Source: Gemmatimonadota bacterium
GTDB taxonomy: Bacteria; Gemmatimonadota; Gemmatimonadetes; Gemmatimonadales; GWC2-71-9
Length of the DNA stretch: 64,000 nt
Direction: 5' to 3'
NCBI GenBank assembly: GCA_003222035.1
Contig: QHUS01000045.1
Span: 89,360 to 153,359, forward strand
In this document: in pieces, positions 19,796 through 28,429 of the stretch
How positions within the stretch are numbered: position 1 is the stretch's first letter
Layout: every line of letters begins with the position of its first letter
The notes under the pieces: generated by a model
Told to the model about the DNA's origin: nothing
Database searches by the model: none
The model's input: the letters and a program-made list of their open reading frames with translations, nothing else
Program-made: the position numbers and the translations under genes

Positions 19796-20500
19796 ATGCC
19801 GGAGCTCACGAGCTATACGACGCATCGCCGCGGATTCCTGGGACGCCTCGCCGCCGGAGCCGCGGCCTTGGGCCTGGGCGGGCTAGTAACGCCCCTCGAA
19901 GCCGCCCCCCCTCCCCCTCCCCCGACGCGCCGGTCGGGCGCAGGGTCGAACAACCCGCAATTCGAGGCGTGGCTCAACAAGATGACCGGAAAGCACAAGA
20001 TGATATACGACGTACCCGAGCCGAACAGCGGATTCGGGTTCGCTTGGGCGCGCGTGTTTCTCAATACCACCAACGAGACCTACGGCACGACCGACGCCGA
20101 CAACACGGTCGTCATCGTGCTCCGCCACGCCGGCATCCCGTTCGCGATGAAGTCCGAGATGTGGGCTAAGTACAAGCTCGGCGACTTCTACAAGATCAAC
20201 GACGCCGCCACCAGCGGGCCGGCCGTGCGCAACCCGTTCACGCAGGCGAAGCCCGGCGACTTTCCGATCCCCGGCATGGGCGTGGACGAGCTGCTCGCGA
20301 AGGGCGTGCTCGTCGGCGTGTGCAACATCGCCCTCACGATCTATAGCGGTATGTTCGCGAAGACGATGGGGATGCAGGCCGAGGCCATCAAGAGCGACTG
20401 GGTGGCGAATCTGCTCCCCGGCGTACAGGTCGTGCCCTCGGGCGTGATCGCGGTCAACCGCTCTCAGGAGAAGGGCTGCGCGTATTGCTTCGCGGGATGA
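19796..20500 (+). CDS. Tat-signal DsrE-like (COG1416-type) protein
   Basis: AGGAGG lies 6-7 nt upstream of the ATG. Twin-arginine motif HRRGFLGRL. C-terminal pattern LAKGVLVGVCNIAL...VQVVPSGVIAVNRSQEKGCAY resembles DsrE/DsrF-like family proteins. Confidence 0.5.
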   Translation: MPELTSYTTHRRGFLGRLAAGAAALGLGGLVTPLEAAPPPPPPTRRSGAGSNNPQFEAWLNKMTGKHKMIYDVPEPNSGFGFAWARVFLNTTNETYGTTDADNTVVIVLRHAGIPFAMKSEMWAKYKLGDFYKINDAATSGPAVRNPFTQAKPGDFPIPGMGVDELLAKGVLVGVCNIALTIYSGMFAKTMGMQAEAIKSDWVANLLPGVQVVPSGVIAVNRSQEKGCAYCFAG

Positions 20501-20515
20501 CAGGGTCGGGCGCGT

Positions 20516-20543
20516 GAAGGGGCGCAGCATGCTGCGCCCCTTC
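20516..20543. terminator. perfect 28-nt palindrome, bidirectional hairpin between convergent genes
   Basis: GAAGGGGCGCAGCATGCTGCGCCCCTTC is a perfect inverted repeat. It lies between the stop of 19796-20500 (+) and the stop of 20553-21551 (-). There is no long T-tract, so intrinsic-terminator function is inferred only. Confidence 0.55.
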
Positions 20544-20552
20544 CGCAGTCAC

Positions 20553-21551
20553 TCAGCTCCACCCCCGGAGACTCCGAATGTAGTCGTGCAGCACGAGGAA
20601 CTTCTCGAACACCGGCACCCCTTTGCGCTTCCGCCCGAACTCCGCGAACAGCTCGCGCAGCCGTCCCCGCCGGGCGACGTAGAACCGGAAGGTCTCGGCA
20701 AAATCCTCCTGCGGATGGGTGGCGGCGTAGGCCGTGACGTAGTTCGGCAGCGTCGTGGTGACGCCGCGACGCTCGAAGTCCACCCACTTCGAATCCGACA
20801 CGCGGTAGGCTTTGCGCACTTCCCCGAAGGCGCGGCGAAAGCGCCCCGTCAGCGTGAGCGACCAGTTGTGGTACAGGAAGGAATGCCCCAGCTCGTGCAG
20901 GATCAGGCCGGTCAGCATGTTCCAGGAGATCTCGTCGCGCCGGCGGCGTTTGCTCGTCACGTAGCGGCGCTCGATCTCGATGATCTTAGGTGTCCGGTGC
21001 GTCACGCCCGAGACGCCGGGTCGCAGCAACACCCGGTACTGCCAGTCCTTGAGTCGGCCCACCACCAGGAGCTGGCGGACGCGCCGCAGCGCCTGGCGGA
21101 TCAGATCCCGCCCGGTGGCATCCTTGCCGCACCACGGGCACGCTTCCATCCAGTCGTTGACGCCCTTGTTGCAGCGCGGGCAAATGTTCTGAAACTCCTG
21201 GTAGCGCCACTTCTGGGGGCGCCCGCACCACGGGCAATGCTGCATCGGGTACATCACGCCGCCGCCGCACCGCCACTGGCAGCGGCGGTGATACTTGAAC
21301 CCCTTCGGGGCCTTGAGCGGCTCGGGGCTCGAATCGCGGTCGGCGATGTCGCGCCCGCACCAGGGGCAGAACGAGAAGCTGTCCGACACCACCCAGCCGC
21401 AGTAGTAGCACTCTGCGCCGGTCTCTTTCGTGGTGTCGCGCCACTCCAGGCGCCGGCCGCAGTTCGAGCAGAACGCCCAGAAGCGCTCCAGCTCCGCCGC
21501 GCAGGTCGGGCAGCGCAGCTCCGGCGTCGGGACCTCGCGCCTACGCGTCAC
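20553..21551 (-). CDS. four-zinc-ribbon protein fused to an HExxH zinc metallopeptidase-like domain
   Basis: GTG start at 21551 overlaps the ATP-grasp stop by 11 nt. Four CxxC...CxxCG pairs: CPTC..CSNCG, CYYCG..CPWCG, CQWRC..CPWCG, CPRC..CPWCG. C-terminal LILHELGH ... THPQEDFAETF matches my memory of the putative zinc-binding Peptidase_Mx-type family. Confidence 0.75.
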   Translation of the reverse strand: MTRRREVPTPELRCPTCAAELERFWAFCSNCGRRLEWRDTTKETGAECYYCGWVVSDSFSFCPWCGRDIADRDSSPEPLKAPKGFKYHRRCQWRCGGGVMYPMQHCPWCGRPQKWRYQEFQNICPRCNKGVNDWMEACPWCGKDATGRDLIRQALRRVRQLLVVGRLKDWQYRVLLRPGVSGVTHRTPKIIEIERRYVTSKRRRRDEISWNMLTGLILHELGHSFLYHNWSLTLTGRFRRAFGEVRKAYRVSDSKWVDFERRGVTTTLPNYVTAYAATHPQEDFAETFRFYVARRGRLRELFAEFGRKRKGVPVFEKFLVLHDYIRSLRGWS

Positions 21552-22542
21552 GCGCCATCGCCTCGTCCACGATCCGCTGGATGAAGTCCGGATAGCTCAT
21601 CCCGGCCTTCTCGGCCGCGTCCGCCATCTCGTTCTCCCGCGCCAGGAATGGGTTGGGATTCACCTCCAGGACGTACACGGCGTCGTCGTGCGTGAGTCGC
21701 AGGTCCACGCGGCCATAATCCTGGAGCCACAGCGCGTGAAACGCCGTGGTGCAGGTATCGGAGATCTTCGCGCTCACCTCGTCCGACAGGCCGCGCGCGA
21801 ACACGTTCCTGATCTTCTTCCGCTTGCGGTAGTCTTCGTCCCACTTGGCCTTGTAGGTCGCGATGCGATGCTCGCCCTCGGACTCGCCGAACGTCAGCTC
21901 GACGACCGGCAACACCTGGAGCGTGCCGTTGCCGATGAGGCCGACGTAGAGCTCTCTGCCCTCGATCAGCTCCTCGACGATCGCCGCCTGACGAAACTTC
22001 TCGTGGATGAACTTCACGCGCGCGCTCAGGTCGTCGTCGTCCTTGACGACGGAGGCCTGCGCGATGCCCACCGAGGCGTCCTCCAGGAGCGGCTTCACGA
22101 TGAGCGGGAACCGCAGCTCGGAAGGACGCACCGGCTTTTCGTCCGGCCGAAACTCGGCGAACGCGGGCACCCGGATCTCGTGGTGCGCGAGGATCTTCTT
22201 CGTGAGCGACTTGTTGCGGGCGACCAGCAGTCCCGTCGGCGACGACCCGGTGTAGCGGTAGCCGTGCATCTCCAGCACCGTGGCGAGCGCATACTCGTGC
22301 CGGGCGTGGCCCCGGAACGACTCGCAGCCGTTGAACACCAGCTTCGGTTGGAACGCGGCGAGCCGGTCGAGCACGGGCGCCAGCTGGTCGGCGACGCCGA
22401 CCAGCAGCACGTCGTGCCCCTTCCCCATGAGCCCCCGGGCCACGTCGTACTCCGCTTCCTCGGCCTTCGCCTCGATTTCCTTCTTGTAGTCGGCGTCCTC
22501 CCAATCGGGATGGAGAGTGTCGAAAACGACGGCGATTTTCAC
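21541..22542 (-). CDS. ATP-grasp ligase (D-Ala-D-Ala ligase-like family)
   Basis: Only the last 333 codons of track ORF 21541-23418 look real. GTG at 22542 (VKIAVVFD) overlaps the MFS stop as GTGA. ATP-grasp motifs FPLIVKPLLEDASVGI, EELIEGRELYVGLIG, DYGRVDLRL...YVLEVNPNP. Confidence 0.8.
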   Translation of the reverse strand: MKIAVVFDTLHPDWEDADYKKEIEAKAEEAEYDVARGLMGKGHDVLLVGVADQLAPVLDRLAAFQPKLVFNGCESFRGHARHEYALATVLEMHGYRYTGSSPTGLLVARNKSLTKKILAHHEIRVPAFAEFRPDEKPVRPSELRFPLIVKPLLEDASVGIAQASVVKDDDDLSARVKFIHEKFRQAAIVEELIEGRELYVGLIGNGTLQVLPVVELTFGESEGEHRIATYKAKWDEDYRKRKKIRNVFARGLSDEVSAKISDTCTTAFHALWLQDYGRVDLRLTHDDAVYVLEVNPNPFLARENEMADAAEKAGMSYPDFIQRIVDEAMARDA

Positions 22543-23978
22543 GCTTTCACCCGTTGCATGTCCCGGCCGACCGTGGTAAGTGCGATCAAGATCACCGTTC
22601 CCCCCACCGCGCCAGCCGTCGGTAAGAGAAGCATCGCCGGCCGCAGCCCGAACCGATCGGACAGCGCCCCGATCAGCGGCGGCGCGATGGCGTCGCCCGC
22701 GAGGTGTGAGAACAGTACAAAGGCCCCGAGCACCGACGCGCGCACCGCTGGGGGCACGACGTCCAGGATCACGGCCGACAGGGGTCCGTTGTACCACGAA
22801 TAAAGGAAGAACGTCCCGAACAGCAGCGGTACGAACAGACGCAGCTCGTCGATCAGAAGCAGCGCAGCGCAGACTGGCCCGCCCAGCACGAAGCCCGCGC
22901 CGGAGACCACGACCCGCCCGCCGCTCCAGCGCGCCAGCAACCAGTCCCCCGTGCGTCCCCCGAACAGCGCGCCCAGCGCTCCGCCGGCGAGCCCCCATAC
23001 GCCGAACTGCCGGCCCACGGCGGCGACCGGCAGGCCGTGCGTCCGCTCCAGGAAGCTCGGAGCCCAGGCGATCAGGCCGTTGACCGCGAAGGTGACGAGC
23101 GCCCCGCCTACGAACATCCAGATCAGCGTCGGCGTACGGAGCACGGTCCCGGCCGCCTGAACAAACTCGCCGAAGGCGGTGGCCGCGACCCCGGTCGCCT
23201 CCGTCCTGCCGCGGAGGGCCACCGGAACCAGTCGAACCACCGTCCAGATGATTCCGACGCTCACGGACGCGCTGAAGGCGGCGGTGTCGAGCCCACGGGG
23301 CAGCCCGTCGAACAGATCGAGGATGCCGGAGAGCGCCGCGCCCGCGATCGTGAGCCACAGGAGCGGGGCGCCGAAGCGCAGCGCCCCACGCGCGCCCACG
23401 CGGCCGCGCTGGTACCAATCGAGCACCGTGGCCCGAACCGTCCCGGGCGGCCCGCGGCGCGGCTCGCGCAGCCGGGATGCGAGCAGCGCGAGCAGGAAGC
23501 CCGGCACACCCAGAACGACGAATGCGGCGCGCCAGCCGTAGCGCTGCGCGAGCACACCCCCCAGCCAGATGCCCAGCACGCCGCCGAACGCCATCCCAAC
23601 CGAGTAGACCCCGAGCGCGAGCGCACGACGCTTGCCCCGGAAGAACTCCGCCAGTAGAGCCTGGGCGGCCGGCCCGTATCCCGCTTCACCGACGCCCACC
23701 AGGGAACGGTACGCGAGCAGCTGCCAGAAGCGGCTCACGGTCGCGCCCAGGGCAGTGAAGGCGCTCCATAGCGCGACGCCGACCGCGATCACGGCCCGGC
23801 GCGACTTCAGGTCTCCGACTACGCCGAGCGGGAGCGCGAACAGGGAGAGGACGATCACGTACGCAGACCCCAGCCAGCCGAGCTGCTGGTCGGACAGCAG
23901 CAGCTCCCGCTTGATCGGCTCGAACAGCGCGAAGATGACGTTGCGGTCGGTGTAGTTGAGGAGGTTGATGAGCGTCAA
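22539..23978 (-). CDS. MFS transporter (start codon unresolved)
   Basis: Twelve-helix-type hydrophobic profile; MFS signatures NYTDRN, GVVGDLKSRR. The only canonical start is TTG at 23978, but the reading frame stays open upstream and encodes ...TRAYAAYVLCLL, which looks like the missing half of TM1. See findings. Confidence 0.75.
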   Translation of the reverse strand: MTLINLLNYTDRNVIFALFEPIKRELLLSDQQLGWLGSAYVIVLSLFALPLGVVGDLKSRRAVIAVGVALWSAFTALGATVSRFWQLLAYRSLVGVGEAGYGPAAQALLAEFFRGKRRALALGVYSVGMAFGGVLGIWLGGVLAQRYGWRAAFVVLGVPGFLLALLASRLREPRRGPPGTVRATVLDWYQRGRVGARGALRFGAPLLWLTIAGAALSGILDLFDGLPRGLDTAAFSASVSVGIIWTVVRLVPVALRGRTEATGVAATAFGEFVQAAGTVLRTPTLIWMFVGGALVTFAVNGLIAWAPSFLERTHGLPVAAVGRQFGVWGLAGGALGALFGGRTGDWLLARWSGGRVVVSGAGFVLGGPVCAALLLIDELRLFVPLLFGTFFLYSWYNGPLSAVILDVVPPAVRASVLGAFVLFSHLAGDAIAPPLIGALSDRFGLRPAMLLLPTAGAVGGTVILIALTTVGRDMQRVKA

Positions 23979-24032
23979 CAGGCACAGGACGTACGCAGCG
24001 TACGCCCGGGTCGTGCCCGCGGCGGAAGGGGC

Positions 24033-24078
24033 GGGAGGGGGGGGCGGGGGGGGCCGGGGGGGCCGGGGGGGCCGCCGC
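24033..24078. repeat. G-run tract G3-A-G8-C-G8-CC-G7-CC-G7 (C-runs on the coding strand)
   Basis: Read directly: gggaggggggggcggggggggccgggggggccgggggggccgccgc. It begins immediately after the stop of the deoxyhypusine-synthase-like gene (24079-24081). Confidence 0.95.
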
Positions 24079-25218
24079 TCAGGTCCTGCGCCCGACAGTC
24101 GTCGCCTCCGCGCGCGCGTCGCGGTCTGCCTTCGCCTCCTGGTATGCCTCGGTGAGCTGCCGCATCATCTCGTCGCGCCGGTCGTACAACCGCCGCAGGC
24201 GCCGCTTTTTCCGCCGGGCGAGCGCGTACGCAGCGAGGATCGGAAAGCCGACGGTGTTGTCGAGATAGCACACCACCGTCCCCGGCAGCTGGTCGGGATC
24301 CACCTTCCCCCAGCTCACGGCCTCGGCGGGCGTGGCGCCCGACAGGCCACCGGTGTCGGGGCGCGCGTCGGTCATCTGGAGGTAGTAGTCATGCCCCTTC
24401 TCGCTGATGCCCAGGACTTCCTGGATCTGCGGCTCCGTCTGCAGGACGAAGTTCTTCGGGCTGCCGCCGCCGATGATCAGGACACCGCTCTTGCCGCCGT
24501 GGGTCTTCGCGTCGAATACGATGGCCGACGTCTCATTCACGTCGGCGCTGGGATCGAACCGGAGCCGCGATCCGGTGAGCGCCTGCTCGGCCACGTTCAT
24601 CCCGATGGAGGAGTCACCCGGGGAGGACGTGTAGATCGGCACCGCGCACCGGTGCGCCACGCCGAGCACGGATTTGCGGGAGATCCCGAGCGCCTTCTCC
24701 CGCTCCAGGATGTAGCCCCCGAGCCGGTAGTGGTACTCTGCCGTGCTCATGGCGCGCTGGAAGTCGGGGCCCGCCGACACCTCACGGATGTACGCATCCG
24801 TCGACAGCAGGACCTCGTAGTCGAAGAAGATGTCGTAGATACGGACCACGCCCTCTTCGCGCAGCTCGACGTCGTCGGCGAAGGGAGTCCCCCGGTGCAT
24901 GGTGAGACCCAATCCGAAGTGCGCGTCGTGGTACAGGTTCGCGCCCGTCGACACCATCCAATCGATGAATCCCGCCTCGAGGAGGGGGATGATCGTGGAC
25001 ATGCCCAGCCCTGCGGGCGTCATCGCGCCGGTGAGGCTCATCCCGACGGTGACATCGTCCTCGAGCATCCGCTCAGCGAAGAGGCGGCACCCCTCGGCGA
25101 GACGGCCTCCGTTGTACGCGAGGAACGCGTTGTCCACCAGCTCCGGGACCGTCTCGCGGCCGGTGATCGGCTTGGGGTCGATGGGCTGGCCACGCAAGAA
25201 GTCTTTGCGAGTCGTCAT
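24079..25218 (-). CDS. deoxyhypusine synthase-like protein (DHS/homospermidine-synthase-like family)
   Basis: Track ORF trimmed to the ATG at 25218 ([18 protein letters not shown]), which overlaps the LOG gene stop as ATGA. Family-like segments [45 protein letters not shown]. Confidence 0.8.
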   Translation of the reverse strand: MTTRKDFLRGQPIDPKPITGRETVPELVDNAFLAYNGGRLAEGCRLFAERMLEDDVTVGMSLTGAMTPAGLGMSTIIPLLEAGFIDWMVSTGANLYHDAHFGLGLTMHRGTPFADDVELREEGVVRIYDIFFDYEVLLSTDAYIREVSAGPDFQRAMSTAEYHYRLGGYILEREKALGISRKSVLGVAHRCAVPIYTSSPGDSSIGMNVAEQALTGSRLRFDPSADVNETSAIVFDAKTHGGKSGVLIIGGGSPKNFVLQTEPQIQEVLGISEKGHDYYLQMTDARPDTGGLSGATPAEAVSWGKVDPDQLPGTVVCYLDNTVGFPILAAYALARRKKRRLRRLYDRRDEMMRQLTEAYQEAKADRDARAEATTVGRRT

Positions 25219-25973
25219 GGCACCTCCGCGTCGCGTTGGGCCTCCACCCGGACGACCTGGGACCGGCGCTCGCGCGCCTGCCGCACGATCGTCACCGCCT
25301 CCCGCGGGCTGTCGGTCACCGTGAAGAGCTTGAGATCGGCGGCGGCGATCTTCCCCTCCCCCACCACGCGATCCCGCAGCCACTCCGCCAGGCCGCTCCA
25401 GTACTCCTCGCCGAACAGGATGACGGGAAAGTGCTTCACCTTCCCCGTCTGGATCAACGTGAGCGCTTCGAACAACTCGTCCATCGTTCCGTAACCGCCG
25501 GGAAACACGATGAACGCGGTCGAGTATTTGACGAACATCGTCTTACGGACGAAGAAGTAGCGGAAGTTGATCGCGCGCTCCACGTAGGGATTGAGTCCTT
25601 GCTCGAACGGCAGCTCGATGTTGCAGCCGATCGACAGGCCGTTCCCTTCCTGGGCGCCGCGATTCGCGGCCTCCATGATCCCGGGCCCGCCACCCGTGAT
25701 GATCGGGAAGCCCTCTTCGGCCAGCATGCGAGCGGTCTCGACGGCCTTCTCGTAGTAGGGATCGTCAGAGGTGGTGCGCGCCGACCCGAAGACCGTAACC
25801 GCGTTGTAGACGTCGGAGAGCGTGTCGAATCCCTCCACGAACTCTCCCATGATGCGCAGGACGCGCCACGAGTCGGACTTGACGAAGGCGCGCCGCTCGC
25901 GGGGAACCTGCGCGAGGAGGCGTTCGTCTTCAGTGACCGGGGGGTGTTCCGAGCCGCTCGAGCGCTGAGACAT
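25215..25973 (-). CDS. LOG family / TIGR00730-type Rossmann protein (often mis-annotated as lysine decarboxylase)
   Basis: ATG at 25973. Motifs [36 protein letters not shown]. Confidence 0.85.
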   Translation of the reverse strand: MSQRSSGSEHPPVTEDERLLAQVPRERRAFVKSDSWRVLRIMGEFVEGFDTLSDVYNAVTVFGSARTTSDDPYYEKAVETARMLAEEGFPIITGGGPGIMEAANRGAQEGNGLSIGCNIELPFEQGLNPYVERAINFRYFFVRKTMFVKYSTAFIVFPGGYGTMDELFEALTLIQTGKVKHFPVILFGEEYWSGLAEWLRDRVVGEGKIAAADLKLFTVTDSPREAVTIVRQARERRSQVVRVEAQRDAEVP

Positions 25974-27120
25974 GGTCGTCCTGCACGTTATAGAAGAAAG
26001 GAGAAAGGCGCACGTGTCCCGGGCGCGCGTCCGCGATGATCTTCGCCGCGGCCAGATGACGCACGCCCGCCGCGGGGTCGGGCGCCGGGAGCATCACGAT
26101 GGCCGAGCGATCCTCGGCACGGGACGCCACTTTGGGCCGGAGACCGAGGTCACGGGCCCGCGCGATCAGATCCTCGGTCAGTGCCGCGGTCACCCGGCGG
26201 ATCGCCGGGATACCGATCTCGTCGATGTAGTCGAGACCTCCGAGCTGCGCATACACTGCGGCCAGGGAGGGAGTGCCGAGCTCGAAGCGCCGCGCGTCGT
26301 CGTGCAACTCGAGCACCCGCGGATCGAAGGCGAACTGATTGCGGTGCCCGAACCATCCGACGATCGCTGGCGCGAGTTGCGGCGCCAGCTCCGCCCGGAC
26401 GTACAGGAGCACGATGCCCGGACCGCCCAGCAGCCACTTGAGGCCCCCCGCCGTGAGAAAGTCCACGCCCGCCGCCTTTACGTCCACCGGCACCTGGCCC
26501 ACGGACTGGTACGCGTCGACCAGCGTCAGCGCGCCGCACCGGCGCGCCACTTCGGCCACGCTCTTGATGTCCTGAATCGCCCCGCTCGTGAAGTAGACGT
26601 GCGACGTCGCGACCAGGGCGGTGCGGTCGTCCACGGCCGCCGCTATCGCCTCGGGCGGGACCGAGATCCCGTCGGGACTTTCGACCACTACCAGCTCCAC
26701 GCCCCGGGGCCGCTTGGCGAGCCACTGGTAGGCCACCGTGGGAAAGTCGAGCGCTGTGACCACGACCTTGGGGCGTCGCCGATAGTCGATCGCCTCGCCC
26801 ACCGCCGAGAGCGCCACCGACACGCTGGGGGCGAGCGCGATCTCGGCCGGGCTCGCTCCAACCACCCGCGCGTAGCGGGTGCGTAGCTCCGCGAGCGCGT
26901 CCCACCACACGTCGTACCAGGCGGACGCGCCCCGCGTCTGCCACAAGTCGAAGAACTCCGCGCTGCGCCGCCGCGTCCGCTCACCCAGCGCGCCGAGCGA
27001 GCAGGTGTTCAGGTAGATCGCATCACGAAAGATCGGGAACTCGCTCCGGTAACGGGCGAGCGCGTGAGCCCCGGCTAGAGCGCCGGCGTCGAGGAAGCTG
27101 GCGAGCGTCATGGCGGTCAA
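25930..27120 (-). CDS. class-V aminotransferase-fold PLP-dependent enzyme
   Basis: 396-aa ORF starting at TTG 27120 or ATG 27111. Pattern IYLNTCSLG...TSHVYFTSG...DAYQSVG...DFLTAGGLKWLLG is typical of the class-V fold (cysteine desulfurase / kynureninase-like). Its 3' end overlaps the LOG start by 44 nt. Confidence 0.75.
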   Translation of the reverse strand: MTAMTLASFLDAGALAGAHALARYRSEFPIFRDAIYLNTCSLGALGERTRRRSAEFFDLWQTRGASAWYDVWWDALAELRTRYARVVGASPAEIALAPSVSVALSAVGEAIDYRRRPKVVVTALDFPTVAYQWLAKRPRGVELVVVESPDGISVPPEAIAAAVDDRTALVATSHVYFTSGAIQDIKSVAEVARRCGALTLVDAYQSVGQVPVDVKAAGVDFLTAGGLKWLLGGPGIVLLYVRAELAPQLAPAIVGWFGHRNQFAFDPRVLELHDDARRFELGTPSLAAVYAQLGGLDYIDEIGIPAIRRVTAALTEDLIARARDLGLRPKVASRAEDRSAIVMLPAPDPAAGVRHLAAAKIIADARPGHVRLSPFFYNVQDDHVSALERLGTPPGH

Positions 27121-27170
27121 TATACAGGAGGAAAAGCACGCCTGGCACGCCCTGCGACTACATTCCGCTC

Positions 27171-27437
27171 ATGGCGTCATCCGCCGGCTGGCCGATCCTC
27201 ACGGCGCGCCTCGCGGCCCGCGCAGTCGTGAACCCGCGGCTGGCAGTCGACCTGCTCCGCGTCACTTGGAGCTTCCGGGCGCGCGACTGGTACCGTCGGC
27301 CGCCGTTCCTCCCGCTGCCCCCGCGCGAATACCTCCGCTGGCGCATGTTCACCGCGTACGGCGACGAAGCGGCGGTGCCGACGCTCGAAGACGTCATACG
27401 ATTCGCGCGGTGGCGCCGCGAGACGATGCATCTATGA
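27171..27437 (+). CDS. hypothetical small protein upstream of queG
   Basis: 88-aa ORF with non-shadow composition (YLRWRMFTAYGDEAAVPTLEDVIRFARW). Its TGA overlaps the queG ATG (ATGA at 27434-27437). Confidence 0.55.
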   Translation: MASSAGWPILTARLAARAVVNPRLAVDLLRVTWSFRARDWYRRPPFLPLPPREYLRWRMFTAYGDEAAVPTLEDVIRFARWRRETMHL

Positions 27438-28429
27438 AAGACGTCGAGCAACAAGTCGTCTCGCGCAGACGTCGCGCGGAAGCGCCACACAACACCGTCG
27501 CGGTGAAGCGTCGAGCCCTCGATCTCGGTTTCGATGCCGTCGGTGTCGCGAGCCTCGAGCCGAACGCGCACGCCGCTGACCTCGACCGTTGGTTGGCCGC
27601 CGGCTACGCCGGGACGATGACGTACCTGCACCGGCAAGCGGAGAAGCGAAAGCACCCGGCTCGCATCATGCCCGGCGCGCGGGCCGCGGTGGTTACCCTC
27701 ACCAACTACTTCCACGGCTCCGCTGACCCCGGGCTCAGTCCGGCTGCCGGGAGGGTGGCGCAGTACGCGTGGTCCGCCGATTACCACCGCGTGCTCGGGA
27801 GACGCCTGGAACGACTCGCGACCGCTATCCGCGAGATCGTTCCGGGCGCTAAGTCCCGCTGCTATGTCGACGCGGGGCCGGTGCCCGAGCGAGAACTGGC
27901 GCAGCGGGCCGGACTCGGCTGGATCGGGAAGAACATGATGCTGATCGACCCGAGCCGCGGCTCGTTTACGTTCATCGGCGTCGTGCTGACCGACGCCGAC
28001 CTCGCGCCCGATCTGCCGTTCGAAGCCGACCGCTGCGGCTCCTGCCGGGCCTGCCTCGACGCCTGCCCGACGAGCGCGTTCGTCGCGCCCGGCGTGCTCG
28101 ACGCGCGGCGCTGCATCTCGTACCTGACCATCGAGCACGCCGGCCCGTTCCGCGGCGACGACGAACGGCTCGTGGGCGATTGGCTGTTCGGGTGCGATGT
28201 CTGCCAGGATGTGTGTCCCTGGAACGTGAAATTCGCGCGTCCAGCACGCGATCCCGAAATCGCCGTGCGGCCGGATCTGGCCGTGCCGGACGTGACCGCG
28301 CTCCTGGAGGGCGCGCCCGCGGCCTTTGAGCGGCGCTTCGGCGACACGCCCTTCGAGCGTCCGGGAGCCGCCGGGATGCGACGCAACGCGGCCGCCGTGG
28401 TGGCGAACCGCCGCCGGCAGGCGCCATGA
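27434..28429 (+). CDS. queG: epoxyqueuosine reductase
   Basis: Track ORF 27110-28429 trimmed to the ATG at 27434. Motifs YAGTMTYL, GLGWIGKN, two 4Fe-4S motifs CGSCRACLDACPT and CDVCQDVCPWN, and CISYLTIEH. Confidence 0.85.
   Translation: MKDVEQQVVSRRRRAEAPHNTVAVKRRALDLGFDAVGVASLEPNAHAADLDRWLAAGYAGTMTYLHRQAEKRKHPARIMPGARAAVVTLTNYFHGSADPGLSPAAGRVAQYAWSADYHRVLGRRLERLATAIREIVPGAKSRCYVDAGPVPERELAQRAGLGWIGKNMMLIDPSRGSFTFIGVVLTDADLAPDLPFEADRCGSCRACLDACPTSAFVAPGVLDARRCISYLTIEHAGPFRGDDERLVGDWLFGCDVCQDVCPWNVKFARPARDPEIAVRPDLAVPDVTALLEGAPAAFERRFGDTPFERPGAAGMRRNAAAVVANRRRQAP

Noticed and set aside
21430-25494. Plus-strand ORFs 21430-22803 (457 aa) and 23956-25494 (512 aa), and the long N-terminal extensions of minus-strand ORFs 21541-23418 and 24079-25383
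   Set aside because: They are antisense or out-of-frame shadows of the ATP-grasp, MFS, DHS-like and LOG genes. The real starts are supported by ATGA/GTGA coupling and family-typical N-termini.
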